A stretch of 32,000 nt of DNA, taken from positions 307,477-339,476 of the forward strand of contig NZ_AULH01000005.1 in the NCBI RefSeq assembly GCF_000425185.1, read 5' to 3'. Within the stretch, counting starts at the first letter, position 1; each line of letters opens with the position of its first letter. This stretch comes from Pleomorphomonas koreensis DSM 23070 (GTDB lineage Bacteria; Pseudomonadota; Alphaproteobacteria; Rhizobiales; Pleomorphomonadaceae). This document shows positions 7,146 to 17,332 of the stretch, in pieces. The notes under the pieces were generated by a model, which was not told the origin of the DNA, searched no databases, and was given only the letters and a program-made list of their open reading frames with translations. Made by a program: the position numbers and the translations under genes.

Positions 7146-8527
7146 GAGCGGTCACTTTCGGAAAGGTTGATGGAGGAACCGGAGCCGTGGCTGTCGCCGG
7201 AGCGGACGGCATGGGCTGTCATGGTGGTGCCGTGGTTCATGGCTTGCCGGCGCTGCATCCGCTGCGCCCACGCGGGAGGGTTCCCGGCCGCGCCGGATGG
7301 CGCGGCTACGGGATCGGCGCTTGCGCCGCCGACCGTGCCCATAGTGGAGCTGCCGCCCGTCACGCCGAAGCCGGCCTTTGCGCCAGCGGAGAAGCTGGAC
7401 TTGACGCTTTCGCTCGCTTGGGATGTTGCGCTGGTGGCTGCACGTTTGAGCGGCGAGATAGCGGCCGAGCCTGCGGCGCGTGCAACACCGCCAAGGCCGG
7501 AAGCAACGCCTGCCGCCACGGTCTGGCCGAGCGAGCCAAGGCTATAGGCAGCGGTCGCCGCGCCCGCGGCGGTCGCGCCACCGCGAACGGCCGCGGCTCC
7601 ACCGGACAGGGCAGCAGCGCCGCCCTTCGCAGCAAGCATGGCCCCGCCACCGGCCGCCGCGCCGCCGGCAAGCACCATGCCGCCGGCAGCGAGGCCGGTT
7701 CCCACGGCTGCGCCCGCGCCGAGCTGCGGGCCGCCCGAGACGATGCCGTTGGCGATGCCGGGACCGAATATCCCGAGGCCGAGCAGCGACAGGGCTGCCA
7801 GCACAATCGCCATGGCGTCGTCGATGGTCGGGGTTGCCCCGCCGAAACCGGCCGTGAATTGCGAAAACAAGGTGCTGCCGATGCCGATGATGACGGCGAG
7901 CACCAGAACCTTGATGCCGGACGACACCACGTTGCCGAGCACCTTCTCGGCCATGAAGGCGGTCTTGCCGAACAGGCCGAAGGGGATCAGCACGAAGCCG
8001 GCAAGCGTGGTTAGCTTGAACTCGATAAGGGTCACGAAAAGCTGGATGGCGAGGATGAAGAAGGCCAGCACCACCAGCGCCCATGCGAACAGCAGGCACG
8101 CGATCTGGATGAAGTTCTCGAAGAAGGCGATCCAGCCCATCAGGTCGGAAATGGAATCGAGCAGCGGGCGGCCGGCGTCGAGGCCGGTCTGCGCCACGCG
8201 GCCGGGCCGCATCAGATTGGTGACGGAAAAGCCGGTGCCCGACGCCATGAGGCCGAGGCCGGCGAAGCTCTCGAAGACGATCCGTGCGAGGTTGTTCCAG
8301 TTGGAAATGATGTAGGCGAAGACGCCGATGAACAGCGTCTTTTTGACCAGCCGCGCGATAATGTCGTCATCCGCGCCCCATGCCCAAAAGAGCGCGGCGA
8401 GCGTCACGTCTATGACGATCAGGGTGGTGGCGATGAAGGCGACCTCGCCGCCGAGCAGACCAAAACCGCTGTCGATGTAGGAGGTGAAGACTCCAAGGAA
8501 ATTGTCGATGACGCCCGTGTTGCCCAT
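7142..8527 (-). CDS. trbL: P-type conjugative transfer protein TrbL (VirB6-like), polytopic membrane protein with Gly/Ala-rich C-terminus
   Basis: 461 aa with multiple hydrophobic segments and a Gly/Ala-rich tail. Synteny. Confidence 0.9.
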   Translation of the reverse strand: MGNTGVIDNFLGVFTSYIDSGFGLLGGEVAFIATTLIVIDVTLAALFWAWGADDDIIARLVKKTLFIGVFAYIISNWNNLARIVFESFAGLGLMASGTGFSVTNLMRPGRVAQTGLDAGRPLLDSISDLMGWIAFFENFIQIACLLFAWALVVLAFFILAIQLFVTLIEFKLTTLAGFVLIPFGLFGKTAFMAEKVLGNVVSSGIKVLVLAVIIGIGSTLFSQFTAGFGGATPTIDDAMAIVLAALSLLGLGIFGPGIANGIVSGGPQLGAGAAVGTGLAAGGMVLAGGAAAGGGAMLAAKGGAAALSGGAAAVRGGATAAGAATAAYSLGSLGQTVAAGVASGLGGVARAAGSAAISPLKRAATSATSQASESVKSSFSAGAKAGFGVTGGSSTMGTVGGASADPVAAPSGAAGNPPAWAQRMQRRQAMNHGTTMTAHAVRSGDSHGSGSSINLSESDRS

Positions 8528-8529
8528 GG

Positions 8530-8796
8530 TCAGCGCGCCTCGCTGCGGTCACGGCCGAGGAAGCGGTCGCGGGATTGCGCCCATGCGGCGAGGCAGCCGG
8601 CGTCACTTGCCGCTGCCTCGCCGAGCTGCTGGCAACGGCGCAGGCTGTCGCGCAGGGGATCGGGCGGCGGCTGGAGGGCCGAGGCCGGGAGCGGCGCGGA
8701 AGGTTCATCCTTCCGCGCCATGTCGATTGCTGTCGCCGTGACGGCGATAGCGATGAACACAACGGCCGCAAGCCGCGCCAGCATCTTGCCGTCCAT
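8530..8796 (-). CDS. Small exported protein in the TrbK-alt (putative entry exclusion) position
   Basis: 88 aa with an N-terminal hydrophobic segment (LARLAAVVFIAIAVTATAI) and GGGAGG before ATG 8796. Located between trbJ and trbL. Confidence 0.6.
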   Translation of the reverse strand: MDGKMLARLAAVVFIAIAVTATAIDMARKDEPSAPLPASALQPPPDPLRDSLRRCQQLGEAAASDAGCLAAWAQSRDRFLGRDRSEAR

Positions 8797-8810
8797 GGCG
8801 AGCCTCCCGG

Positions 8811-9587
8811 TCAGTTGTTGCCGTTGTTGAACATCTGCGCGTTGCCCGGCTGGTAGCCGGTGCCGGGTGTCAGGAACCGCTCACGCTGGATGCGGCCCTG
8901 TTCGGCGGCAGTCGCGCGCTCGGCCTCGGTCAGCGCGTCGGCGCGGCCGTTCGCCGAGATGACCGCGATCAGGTCGGAAAGCTGTTGCGACTGGAGGGCG
9001 AGAAGCTGGTTGCCGGCCTGCGTCGCCTGCAATGCCCCGGTCGCGCCCTGACTCTGGCCGACAAGCGCGGCCATCTCGGCGCGGTTGGTGTCGATATTGC
9101 CGACCGCTCCCGCCTGCACGCGCATCGCGTCCTGCAACCCGCCGACCGTTTTTTCCCACCGGCTGCGCGCATCGGCGACCAGTTGGGCGTCAGTCGCCGA
9201 AAGCGAAACATTGCCATATTGCTTCTGGAACGCTTGGTCGATCTGGCCGACCTCGAAGGCGATGTTCTGTGCCTGCCCGAGAAGCTGCTGCGTGCGCTGG
9301 ACGCTCTGCTGGAGCTGCTGGAGCGACGAATACGGCAGGCTCGCAAGGTTGCGGGCCTGATTGATGAGCATCTGCGCCTCGTTCTGGAGGCTCTGAATCT
9401 GGTTGTTGATCTGCTCCAGCGTGCGCGCAGCGGTAAGCAGGTTTTGCGCATAGTTGGTCGGGTCATAGACGATCCGGCCGAAACCGAATTGCGCATGGGC
9501 CGGGCTTGCCAGCATGGGCGAAAGCGCGACAGGCACGGCGAGCGCCAGCGCGAGGGCCGAGGCCCCGACGATCTTGGGATAGGTCAT
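8811..9587 (-). CDS. trbJ: P-type conjugative transfer protein TrbJ (VirB5-like)
   Basis: Internal ATG 9587 (MTYPKIVGASALALALAVPVALSPMLASPAHAQFGFGRIVYDPTNYAQNLL...) overlaps the trbE stop as ATGA. Signal peptide followed by coiled coil. Confidence 0.9.
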   Translation of the reverse strand: MTYPKIVGASALALALAVPVALSPMLASPAHAQFGFGRIVYDPTNYAQNLLTAARTLEQINNQIQSLQNEAQMLINQARNLASLPYSSLQQLQQSVQRTQQLLGQAQNIAFEVGQIDQAFQKQYGNVSLSATDAQLVADARSRWEKTVGGLQDAMRVQAGAVGNIDTNRAEMAALVGQSQGATGALQATQAGNQLLALQSQQLSDLIAVISANGRADALTEAERATAAEQGRIQRERFLTPGTGYQPGNAQMFNNGNN

Positions 9588-12076
9588 GGAAGAATCTCCT
9601 GTGTAGGGTGGGTATCGAGCCGGGCCGACGCGGCGGATTCCGGCCGGTCGGCAAGATTGGTGAGGTTCGGGATCAGGTCGGCCGCCCAATCGACGCCGCG
9701 ATGGCGCAGCCAGCCGGCGAGGAAACCGTCGCGGCCGTGCTCGGCATGGATGCGCGCGATTTCGGTCTGGTCGGATTTGGAGGATGCGGCGCAGAGCGCG
9801 AGGCCGACTTCGGACAGGCCAAGCTCGAACAGGCGATTGCCCCTGCGTCTTTGGCAGTAATAATCCCGCTTGGGCGTGGCCCGTGCGAGGATTTCGATCT
9901 GCCTGTCATTGAGGCCGAAGCGGCGATAGATGGCCGTGATCTGCGGCTCGATGGCCCGCTCGTTCGGCAGCAGGAGCCGCGTCGGGCAGCTCTCGATAAT
10001 CGCGGGCGCGATGTTGCTGCCGTCGATGTCGGACAGGCTTTGCGTGGCGAAGATGACCGATGCGTTTTTCTTGCGCAGCGTTTTCAGCCATTCGCGGAGC
10101 TGGCCGGCGAATCCCTCGTCGTCCAGCGCAAGCCAGCCTTCATCTATGATGAGCAGCGTCGGTCGCCCGTCGAGCCGGTCGCCGATACGATGGAACAGGT
10201 AGGCGAGCACGGCCGGGGCCGCGCCGGTCCCGACAAGGCCCTCGATCTCGAACGCCTGCACATCGGCCGATCCGAGATGTTCGGCTTCGGCGTCGAGCAG
10301 CCGTCCATAGGCCCCGCCGACGCAGAACGGCCGGAGCGCCTGTTTCAGATCGTTGGATTGCAGCAGGACCGCAAGGCCGGTGATGGTGCGTTCCTCGACC
10401 GGCGCGGAGGCGAGCGAAGTCAGCGCCGTCCAAAGGTGTTCCTTCACCTCGGGAGTGATCGCCAGCCCCTCGCGCATGAGGATGGCGGCGATCCAGTCCG
10501 CTGCCCATGCGCGTTCATAGGTGTCGTGGATGCGGGCAAGCGGCTGGAGCGAGACGGACGCCTCGTCCCCTTCCGTCAGGCCACCGCCCAAATCGTGCCA
10601 ATCCCCGCCCATGGCGAGCGCGGCGGCGCGGATGCTGCCGCCGAAGTCGAAGGCGAAGACTTGGCTGCCCGCATAGCGCCGGAACTGGAGCGCCATGAGG
10701 GCGAGCAACACGCTCTTGCCCGCGCCCGTGGGTCCGACGACAAGGGTGTGGCCTACGTCGCCGACATGGAGGCTTAGCCGGAACGGGGTTGAGCCTTCGG
10801 TCTTTCCAAAGAGCAAAGGGGGTGCACCGAAATGCTCGTCCCGTTCTGGCCCCGCCCACACCGCCGAAAGCGGGATCATGTGGGCGAGATTCAAAGTGCT
10901 GATGGGCGGCTGGCGGACATTCGCGTAGGCGTGTCCGGGCAGGCTGCCGAGCCATGCGTCAACCGCGTTGACGCTCTCGGCCATGGCGGTGAAGTCGCGG
11001 CCCTGAACGATCTTCTCGACCAGGCGCAGCTTCTCGTCGGCAATGCGCGGGTCGGCATCCCAAACGGTGACGGTGGCCGTCACGTAAGCCATGCCCGCCA
11101 CGTCCGCCCCAAGCTCCTGCAAGGCCATGTCGGCGTCCAGCGCCTTGTTGGCGGCGTCGGTGTCCACAAGCGCGGACGCCTCGTTGGTCATCACCTCTTT
11201 GAGAATCGCAGCGACGCTCTTGCGCTTGGCGAACCATTGGCGACGGATGCGGGTCAGCAGCCGGGTCGCATCGGTCTTGTCGAGCAGGATCGCGCGCGTG
11301 CTCCACCTGTAGGGGAACGGCAGCCGGTTCATTTCGTCGAGCAGGCCCGGTGTCGTCGCGGTGGGGAATCCCACGATGGTCAGGACGCGCAGATGCGCGT
11401 CGCCTAGGCGCGGCTCCAGCCCGCCAGTCAGCGGCTGGTCGGCGAGCAGCGTGTCGAGGTGCATGGGCACTTCGGGCACGCGCACGCGATGCCGGTTGGT
11501 CGAGATGGTGGAATGGAGATAGGTGAGCGTCGCGCCGTCATCCAACCAACGGCACTCCGGCATGAAGCCATCGAGCAAGGCCAGCACGCGGTCTGTGCGG
11601 TCGATAAAGCCGCGCAGCAGCTCCCACGGGTTTACCCCGGATTGCTCGCGGCCCTCATAGAGCCAGCTTTCCGCCCGCGCCGCTTCCTCGGCAGGTGGCA
11701 ACCAGAAGAAGGTCAGGAAATAGCCGGATGCAAAATGCGTGCCCGCTTCCTCGAAACCGGCTTTGCGCTCCGCATCGACCAGCGCCGATGCGGGATCGGG
11801 AAAGGTGCTGTCGGGATAGGTCGCGGCTTCGCTGCGCTGCGCCTCGACGAAGATGCTCCAGCCGGAGCCGAGACGGCGCACGGCGTTGTTGATGCGGCCG
11901 GCGACAGCGACCAGCTCGGCGGCGACGGCGGAATCCAGATCGGGACCGCGAAACTTCGCCGTCCTCTGAAAACTCCCGTCCTTGTTCAACACGACGCCGG
12001 AGCTGACCAGTGCCGCCCATGGCAGATAGTCGGCGAGCCGGGTGGCGGTGCGGCGGTATTCGGCAAGGTTCATCAT
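9584..12076 (-). CDS. trbE: Conjugal transfer ATPase TrbE (VirB4-like)
   Basis: Internal ATG 12076 (MMNLAEYRRTATRLADYLPWAALV...). Walker A VVGPTGAGKS; Walker B LLIIDEGW. 830 aa. Confidence 0.92.
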   Translation of the reverse strand: MMNLAEYRRTATRLADYLPWAALVSSGVVLNKDGSFQRTAKFRGPDLDSAVAAELVAVAGRINNAVRRLGSGWSIFVEAQRSEAATYPDSTFPDPASALVDAERKAGFEEAGTHFASGYFLTFFWLPPAEEAARAESWLYEGREQSGVNPWELLRGFIDRTDRVLALLDGFMPECRWLDDGATLTYLHSTISTNRHRVRVPEVPMHLDTLLADQPLTGGLEPRLGDAHLRVLTIVGFPTATTPGLLDEMNRLPFPYRWSTRAILLDKTDATRLLTRIRRQWFAKRKSVAAILKEVMTNEASALVDTDAANKALDADMALQELGADVAGMAYVTATVTVWDADPRIADEKLRLVEKIVQGRDFTAMAESVNAVDAWLGSLPGHAYANVRQPPISTLNLAHMIPLSAVWAGPERDEHFGAPPLLFGKTEGSTPFRLSLHVGDVGHTLVVGPTGAGKSVLLALMALQFRRYAGSQVFAFDFGGSIRAAALAMGGDWHDLGGGLTEGDEASVSLQPLARIHDTYERAWAADWIAAILMREGLAITPEVKEHLWTALTSLASAPVEERTITGLAVLLQSNDLKQALRPFCVGGAYGRLLDAEAEHLGSADVQAFEIEGLVGTGAAPAVLAYLFHRIGDRLDGRPTLLIIDEGWLALDDEGFAGQLREWLKTLRKKNASVIFATQSLSDIDGSNIAPAIIESCPTRLLLPNERAIEPQITAIYRRFGLNDRQIEILARATPKRDYYCQRRRGNRLFELGLSEVGLALCAASSKSDQTEIARIHAEHGRDGFLAGWLRHRGVDWAADLIPNLTNLADRPESAASARLDTHPTQEILP

Positions 12077-12086
12077 GGCCGCACCC

Positions 12087-12368
12087 TCACACCGCCAGGA
12101 AAGCCGGGATGCGCAGATGCCTCCGCCCGACCTCGACGAACTGGGGATCGCGTTTCGCCGCCCATACGGCCGCGAAATGGCCGATGGCCCATATGGCGAT
12201 GCCGACCAGCCAGAGGCGCAGGCCGAGGCCCACAGCACCGGCAAGCGTTCCGTTCATGATGGCGATGGAGCGCGGTGCGCCGCCGAGCAGGATATGTTCG
12301 GTCAGCGCCCGGTGGACCGGGATTGAAAATCCCGGCACCGCGTCGAGTTGTTCAAGGCCGCCTGCCAT
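12087..12368 (-). CDS. trbD: Conjugal transfer protein TrbD (VirB3-like)
   Basis: 93 aa from ATG 12368 (MAGGLEQLDAVPGFSIPVHRALTEHILLGGAPR...), one membrane hairpin. Sits between trbC and trbE. Confidence 0.8.
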   Translation of the reverse strand: MAGGLEQLDAVPGFSIPVHRALTEHILLGGAPRSIAIMNGTLAGAVGLGLRLWLVGIAIWAIGHFAAVWAAKRDPQFVEVGRRHLRIPAFLAV

Positions 12369-12700
12369 CAGATGAGCGCCCCACCGCCGAACGAGAAGAA
12401 CGACAGGAAGAAGCTCGACGCCGCGAAGGCGATGGACAGGCCGAACACGATCTGGATCAGCTTGCGAAAACCGCCGCCTGTATCGCCGAAGGCCAAAGTC
12501 AGGCCGGTCACGATGATGATGATGACGGCGATGATCTTGGCGACCGGCCCCTCGATGGACTGGAGGATGCTTTGGAGCGGTGCTTCCCACGGCATCGACG
12601 AACCGGATGCATGGGCGGCCGGGGCGAGCATGAAGCTGATGGCAAGGGTGGATGCGGCGGTCGCGGCGACGCGATAGCCGCGCGAAATCATGCGGATCAT
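12368..12700 (-). CDS. trbC: TrbC/VirB2-family pilin precursor
   Basis: 110 aa with a signal peptide ending AHA and two hydrophobic helices. ATGA overlap with the trbB stop. Confidence 0.85.
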   Translation of the reverse strand: MIRMISRGYRVAATAASTLAISFMLAPAAHASGSSMPWEAPLQSILQSIEGPVAKIIAVIIIIVTGLTLAFGDTGGGFRKLIQIVFGLSIAFAASSFFLSFFSFGGGALI

Positions 12701-13680
12701 GAAGATTCTCCTGTGCTGGTTTGGATTGCGGTGGTGATGCGGTAGTCGCCGTCCGGGCCGAGACCTTCGACGCGGGCGAGTTCGGCCAGCCGGCGCGCGG
12801 AACCGCGCCCGGAAAGGACGGCAACAAGGTCGATAGTCTCCGCGATCAGGGCGCGCGGAACCGTGACGACAGCCTCCTGGATGAGCTGTTCAAGACGACG
12901 AAGCGCGCCGATGCCGGTGCCTGCATGGATGGTTCCGATCCCGCCGGGATGGCCGGTGCCCCACGCTTTGAGAAGGTCGAGGGCTTCGGAACCGCGCACC
13001 TCGCCGATGGGGATTCGGTCGGGGCGCAGGCGCAGCGAGGAACGGACCAGATCGGAAAGCGTCGCCACGCCGTCTTTCGTCCGCAAAGCGACAAGGTTGG
13101 GCGCGGCGCATTGCGGCTCGCGCGTATCCTCGATGATGACGACGCGATCCGCCGTCTTCGCCACCTCGGCGAGCAGCGCATTGGTCAGCGTGGTCTTGCC
13201 GGTCGAGGTGCCGCCTGCCACCAAGATATTGGCGCGGGACTGGACAGCGGCGCGCAGCGTATCTGCCTGATCGGCAGACATGGTGCCCGCCGCCACGTAG
13301 TCGTCGAGCGTGAACACCGCGACGGCGGGCTTGCGGATGGCGAAGGCCGGCGCGGCGACCACGGGCGGCAACAGGCCCTCGAACCGCTCCCCGCTCTCGG
13401 GCAGCTCGGCCGAGACGCGGGGGCTGCGGGCATGAACCTCTGCGCCGACATGATGCGCGACTAGCCGAACGATGCGTTCGCCATCGGCGGCGGACAGCCG
13501 CTCGCCCGTGTCGGACAGTCCTTCGGATAGCCGGTCCACCCAAAGGCGGCCGTCCGGGTTTAGCATCACCTCGACCACGGCCGGGTCTTCGAGCAACCGG
13601 GCGATTGCGGGGCCGAGCGCGGTGCGCAACATGCGCGCGCCGCGCGCAATCGCTTCCGGTTTTTGGTGGTTGGTGATCAT
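12697..13680 (-). CDS. trbB: P-type conjugative transfer ATPase TrbB (VirB11-like)
   Basis: 327 aa. Walker [10 protein letters not shown]; MLRTALGP...[16 protein letters not shown]-terminus typical of TrbB. Confidence 0.92.
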   Translation of the reverse strand: MITNHQKPEAIARGARMLRTALGPAIARLLEDPAVVEVMLNPDGRLWVDRLSEGLSDTGERLSAADGERIVRLVAHHVGAEVHARSPRVSAELPESGERFEGLLPPVVAAPAFAIRKPAVAVFTLDDYVAAGTMSADQADTLRAAVQSRANILVAGGTSTGKTTLTNALLAEVAKTADRVVIIEDTREPQCAAPNLVALRTKDGVATLSDLVRSSLRLRPDRIPIGEVRGSEALDLLKAWGTGHPGGIGTIHAGTGIGALRRLEQLIQEAVVTVPRALIAETIDLVAVLSGRGSARRLAELARVEGLGPDGDYRITTAIQTSTGESS

Positions 13681-14039
13681 GTCGGCCCCGTTTCTTCATG
13701 GGGCGCGACAGGCGATCCCCGGATCGGGGTCGATTAAGAGAAGCCGAAATGCGGCCGGTTCAACAAGTATCTAGCTCTGTGCGGGGATCGGCTGCGAACG
13801 GCGGTAAATAGGATGGGTCGAAAACCGACACTCTCGGATGACTCGCTGTTGACGAAGCTCCAGCCAACACGTTACATCGCACCTGCCCAATCCATACAGA
13901 CAAGGGATTGTAGATGTTGGAGCTTGTGACCACCCGCTGATCGTCTCGATTGATCGAGACATCTAGCCGCATCGTTCGCAACGGCAAGTTTTGCCGGTGT
14001 TGAATGTTGCGCGGGTGATTTCTCTACACAGGCTTATCC

Positions 14040-14297
14040 ATGAACATCTCACGCAGCGAGCAGCGCGTCTTACACGTGCTGGCGCAAGGCGGTTATATCC
14101 GCCATCAACGGGCCGACAACGGCCGCATCATCGACGTGCTCTGCTTCACGCGCGACGGTCACGTCTTGGCCGATTGCACGCCAGAGGTCTTTGCCAAACT
14201 CCGACGCAAGCGCCTGATCGAATCCAGAGCGTCCAGCCCCTACCGGATTTCCGATAGGGGCCGCCGCTCCGTTCGCGCTCAACTCGACAATCGCTAA
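14040..14297 (+). CDS. yjhX: YjhX/TopAI-family toxin (UPF0386)
   Basis: 85 aa: [24 protein letters not shown]...[20 protein letters not shown]. Collinear with E. coli YjhX as remembered, including the C-terminal VRAQLDNR. Confidence 0.85.
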   Translation: MNISRSEQRVLHVLAQGGYIRHQRADNGRIIDVLCFTRDGHVLADCTPEVFAKLRRKRLIESRASSPYRISDRGRRSVRAQLDNR

Positions 14298-14309
14298 GGA
14301 AATAACGAC

Positions 14310-14807
14310 ATGCTGATCCGCAACGAAACGGTCGGTGACATTCCGGCTATTCGCCGCGTCGTCACCGACGCTCTCAAGATGCTTGCTCAATCCACAGGAA
14401 CTGAAGCCAAGATCGTCGACAAGCTGAGGGACGATGACGCGCTCATCCTCTCGCTGGTCGCTGAGGATGAAGGCGAGGTCATCGGCTATCTGGCCGCTTC
14501 AGCGGCACGGGTCGGGACGCAAGACGGATGGGGTCTGATCGGTCCGCTCGCCGTTCTGCCTTCAAGGCATCGTCAAGGTATCGGGTCGGCCCTGATGGGA
14601 GAAGCCGTTCGCCGACTGCGGGCGTCAAGCAGGGGCACGGCGCTGGTAGGCGACCCCGCCTATTACAGCCGGTTCGGCTTCCGGGCTTTCCCCGGTCTGG
14701 GTGTAGCTGGCTGCCCTCCCGAAGTAGTCCAAGCTTTGCCGTTCGATGGCATTGAGCCTCAAGGAGAACTGATCCATCATCCCGCATTCGGTCTGGATCA
14801 GCAGTAA
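14310..14807 (+). CDS. yjhQ: GNAT-family N-acetyltransferase, YjhQ-like cognate antitoxin
   Basis: 165 aa. Acetyl-CoA motif RHRQGIGSALMGEAVRRL. AAGGA RBS before ATG 14310, 12 nt after the yjhX stop. Confidence 0.7.
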   Translation: MLIRNETVGDIPAIRRVVTDALKMLAQSTGTEAKIVDKLRDDDALILSLVAEDEGEVIGYLAASAARVGTQDGWGLIGPLAVLPSRHRQGIGSALMGEAVRRLRASSRGTALVGDPAYYSRFGFRAFPGLGVAGCPPEVVQALPFDGIEPQGELIHHPAFGLDQQ

Positions 14808-14815
14808 TGAAAGAA

Positions 14816-14849
14816 GGCCGGGCTGCCTCCAAAGAAGTGCGGCCCGGCC
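14816..14849 (-). terminator. GC-rich hairpin between the convergent GNAT and copG genes; T-rich tail only on the minus strand
   Basis: Arms ggccgggc (14816-14823) / gcccggcc (14842-14849). On the minus strand the hairpin is followed by ttctttcatt. Confidence 0.45.
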
Positions 14850-14868
14850 GAATTGTCATGGTCGCGGA

Positions 14869-15333
14869 CTAAAGCTGATTTTTGCTAGCATCGGCAATTT
14901 CAGGTTGTGGTTGGTCACTGCGAAACAACTCTGCGTCGCGTGATAGTTCTTTGAGGAACCTGTCACCGGTCGCCAACCGCCGGCCGAGGGTCTGCATAAA
15001 TCCCTCGAAGCGCTCCGCCCCTTTCGCACGGGCGGCGGATTGTGCGGCTCCCGTAAGCGGCGGCGTGAGGGTCATCCAGAAATGGATGAACTGCGCGACC
15101 GTCTCGCCGAGGACGGCGAGATCTAGGTCGAGCGTGTCGATCTGGCGGCCGAGTTTATCCAAGCGGCGCGACATGGCAGCTTCAAGCTGGTCGTCGGTAT
15201 CGCCGGACAGGTAGGACATGACCGCCGCCTCCACGATGGCGGATTTCGAGACATTGCGGCGCAGCGCCATCGCCTCGATCTGCGGAATGAGCGCGGGGTC
15301 GAAATAGAGATTCAGGCGGGTTCTGGTTGCCAT
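14869..15333 (-). CDS. CopG/ribbon-helix-helix family regulator (conserved between traG and trbB)
   Basis: ATG 15333 preceded by GAGGA. MATRTRLNLYFDPALIPQIEAMALRRNVSKSAIVEAAV... is RHH-like. The track start at 15363 would overlap traG by 20 nt. Confidence 0.8.
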   Translation of the reverse strand: MATRTRLNLYFDPALIPQIEAMALRRNVSKSAIVEAAVMSYLSGDTDDQLEAAMSRRLDKLGRQIDTLDLDLAVLGETVAQFIHFWMTLTPPLTGAAQSAARAKGAERFEGFMQTLGRRLATGDRFLKELSRDAELFRSDQPQPEIADASKNQL

Positions 15334-15343
15334 GAGCGTATCC

Positions 15344-17332
15344 TCAAAGTTCGATTCCGTCATCGGGGTTCAATGCCACCTGCCGCGCGACCATCCTCAT
15401 GCGCTGGCGCATGGCGCGGGCTTTGGCCGCGTCAACGTCCGGCTCGTCGTCCAGAAACTCGAACTCCTGTTCGGGCGATGGCGGCGGGGCGACGATTTCC
15501 TCTTGGCTTGGCAATTCCGGCTCGCGGCGGATGCCGGCATTGGCCGGATCGCCCTCGGCCCCGTCTGCGGCGGCCGGCGCGGAACGGCTTTCCGCCGCGA
15601 CCACGCGGCCGGACCAGTCATCGGCGGATGGGCTGGGCGCCAGCGGAGCGGCGACCAGATCGGGCGGAGTCAGGATGCGTTCCTGAAACCGCGCATCCTC
15701 GAAATAGCGGGCCTTGGTGGCGCGGATCGGCGGCGTGCCGGCGACCATGACGATTTCATCGGTGGGCGGAAGCTGCATGATTTCGCCCGGCGTGAGTAGC
15801 GGCCGGGCCGTCTCCTGCCGCGACACCATCAAATGCCCTAGCCATGGCGCAAGGCGATGGCCGGCGTAGTTTGTGGAATCGCGCAGCTCGGTCGCGGTGC
15901 CGAGCGCGTCGCTCACCCGCTTGGCCGTCCGCTCGTCATTCGTGGCGAAGCTGACGCGGACGTGGCAGTTGTCGAGGATAGCGTTGTTCGGCCCATAGGC
16001 GCGCTCGATCTGATTGAGGCTCTGCGCGATCAGGAAGCCCTTGAGGCCGTAGCCCGCCATGAACGCCAGGGCGCTCTCGAAGAAGTCGAGCCGGCCGAGG
16101 GCGGGAAACTCGTCCAACATGAGTAGGAGGCGATGGCGCTTGCCGGAGGTGTGCAATTCCTCGGTCAACCGCCTCCCGATCTGGTTGAGGATCAGGCGGA
16201 TAAGCGGCTTGGTGCGGTTTATGTCGGATGGCGGCACGACAAGGTAGAGCGTGACGGGCTGGCGGCTGTCGACCAGATCGGCAATGCGCCAGTCGCAACG
16301 TGCGGTGACGCGCGCCACCACGGGATCGCGGTAAAGGCCGAGAAACGACATGGCGGTGCTCAATACGCCCGACCGTTCATTCTCGGATTTGTTCAACAGC
16401 TCGCGGGCCGACGATGCGATGACGGGATGAACACCGGCCTCGCCGAGATGCGGCGTATCCATCATGGCGCGCAAGGTCGCCTCGACCGGGCGGCGCGGAT
16501 CGGACAGGAAGTTGGCGACGCCCGCCAGCGTCTTGTCCTTCTCCGCATAGAGAACATGCAGGATCGCGCCGACCAGAAGCGAATGAGAGGTCTTTTCCCA
16601 ATGGTTGCGCTTGTCGAGACTGCCTTCGGGATCGACCAGAATATCCGCGATATTCTGCACATCCCTGACCTCCCATTCCCCTTGCCGGACCTCCAGCAGC
16701 GGGTTGTAGGCGGACGATCTGGCATTGGTCGGATCGAACAGCAAGACCCGGCCATGCCTCGCGCGAAAGCCCGCTGTCAGCGTCCAGTTTTCCCCTTTTA
16801 TGTCGTGGACGATAGCGGATGCCGGCCATGTCAGCAGCGTCGGCACCACCAGCCCGACGCCTTTGCCGCTGCGCGTCGGGGCGAAGCATAGGACATGCTC
16901 GGGACCGTCATGGCGCAGATAGTCCCGGCCGTATCGGCCGAGCAGGACGCCATCGGGGCCGAGCAATCCGGCCGCGCGGATTTCTCGGTCCTCTGCCCAT
17001 CGCGCTGAACCGTAGGTGGCGACGTTGCGCGCCTCCCGTGCCCGGATGATCGACATGAGGATGGCGGCGGCGATGGCAAGAAAGCCGCCCGATACGGCGA
17101 TGATGCCGCCCTCGACGAAGATCGCGGGCGCATAGGCGTCGAATGAAAACCACCACCAGAAGAAGGCCGGCGGGTAGTAGATCGGCAGGCTCGCCAGCTC
17201 GAACCATGGATTGCCAAGCTGGGGCTGGAAGCCGAGGCGGAACGCTACCCATTGCGTCGCCGCCCACGTCATCACCAGAACGATGGTGAAGACTACGGCG
17301 ATTTGACCCCAAAGGATTCGGCCTCCGCGCAA
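15344..17332 (-). CDS. traG: Type IV coupling protein TraG (VirD4-like)
   Basis: 662 aa. N-terminal TM segments; Walker A APTRSGKG; LLMLDEF Walker B. The start codon is TTG 17332, preceded by GGAG; there is no in-frame ATG before the conserved ILWGQ. Confidence 0.92.
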   Translation of the reverse strand: MRGGRILWGQIAVVFTIVLVMTWAATQWVAFRLGFQPQLGNPWFELASLPIYYPPAFFWWWFSFDAYAPAIFVEGGIIAVSGGFLAIAAAILMSIIRAREARNVATYGSARWAEDREIRAAGLLGPDGVLLGRYGRDYLRHDGPEHVLCFAPTRSGKGVGLVVPTLLTWPASAIVHDIKGENWTLTAGFRARHGRVLLFDPTNARSSAYNPLLEVRQGEWEVRDVQNIADILVDPEGSLDKRNHWEKTSHSLLVGAILHVLYAEKDKTLAGVANFLSDPRRPVEATLRAMMDTPHLGEAGVHPVIASSARELLNKSENERSGVLSTAMSFLGLYRDPVVARVTARCDWRIADLVDSRQPVTLYLVVPPSDINRTKPLIRLILNQIGRRLTEELHTSGKRHRLLLMLDEFPALGRLDFFESALAFMAGYGLKGFLIAQSLNQIERAYGPNNAILDNCHVRVSFATNDERTAKRVSDALGTATELRDSTNYAGHRLAPWLGHLMVSRQETARPLLTPGEIMQLPPTDEIVMVAGTPPIRATKARYFEDARFQERILTPPDLVAAPLAPSPSADDWSGRVVAAESRSAPAAADGAEGDPANAGIRREPELPSQEEIVAPPPSPEQEFEFLDDEPDVDAAKARAMRQRMRMVARQVALNPDDGIEL

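Noticed and set aside
13760-13987. Two overlapping 63-75-aa minus-strand ORFs upstream of yjhX
   Set aside because: Short, no RBS, in a lower-GC non-coding-looking spacer that more plausibly carries promoters/operators for yjhX and trbB.
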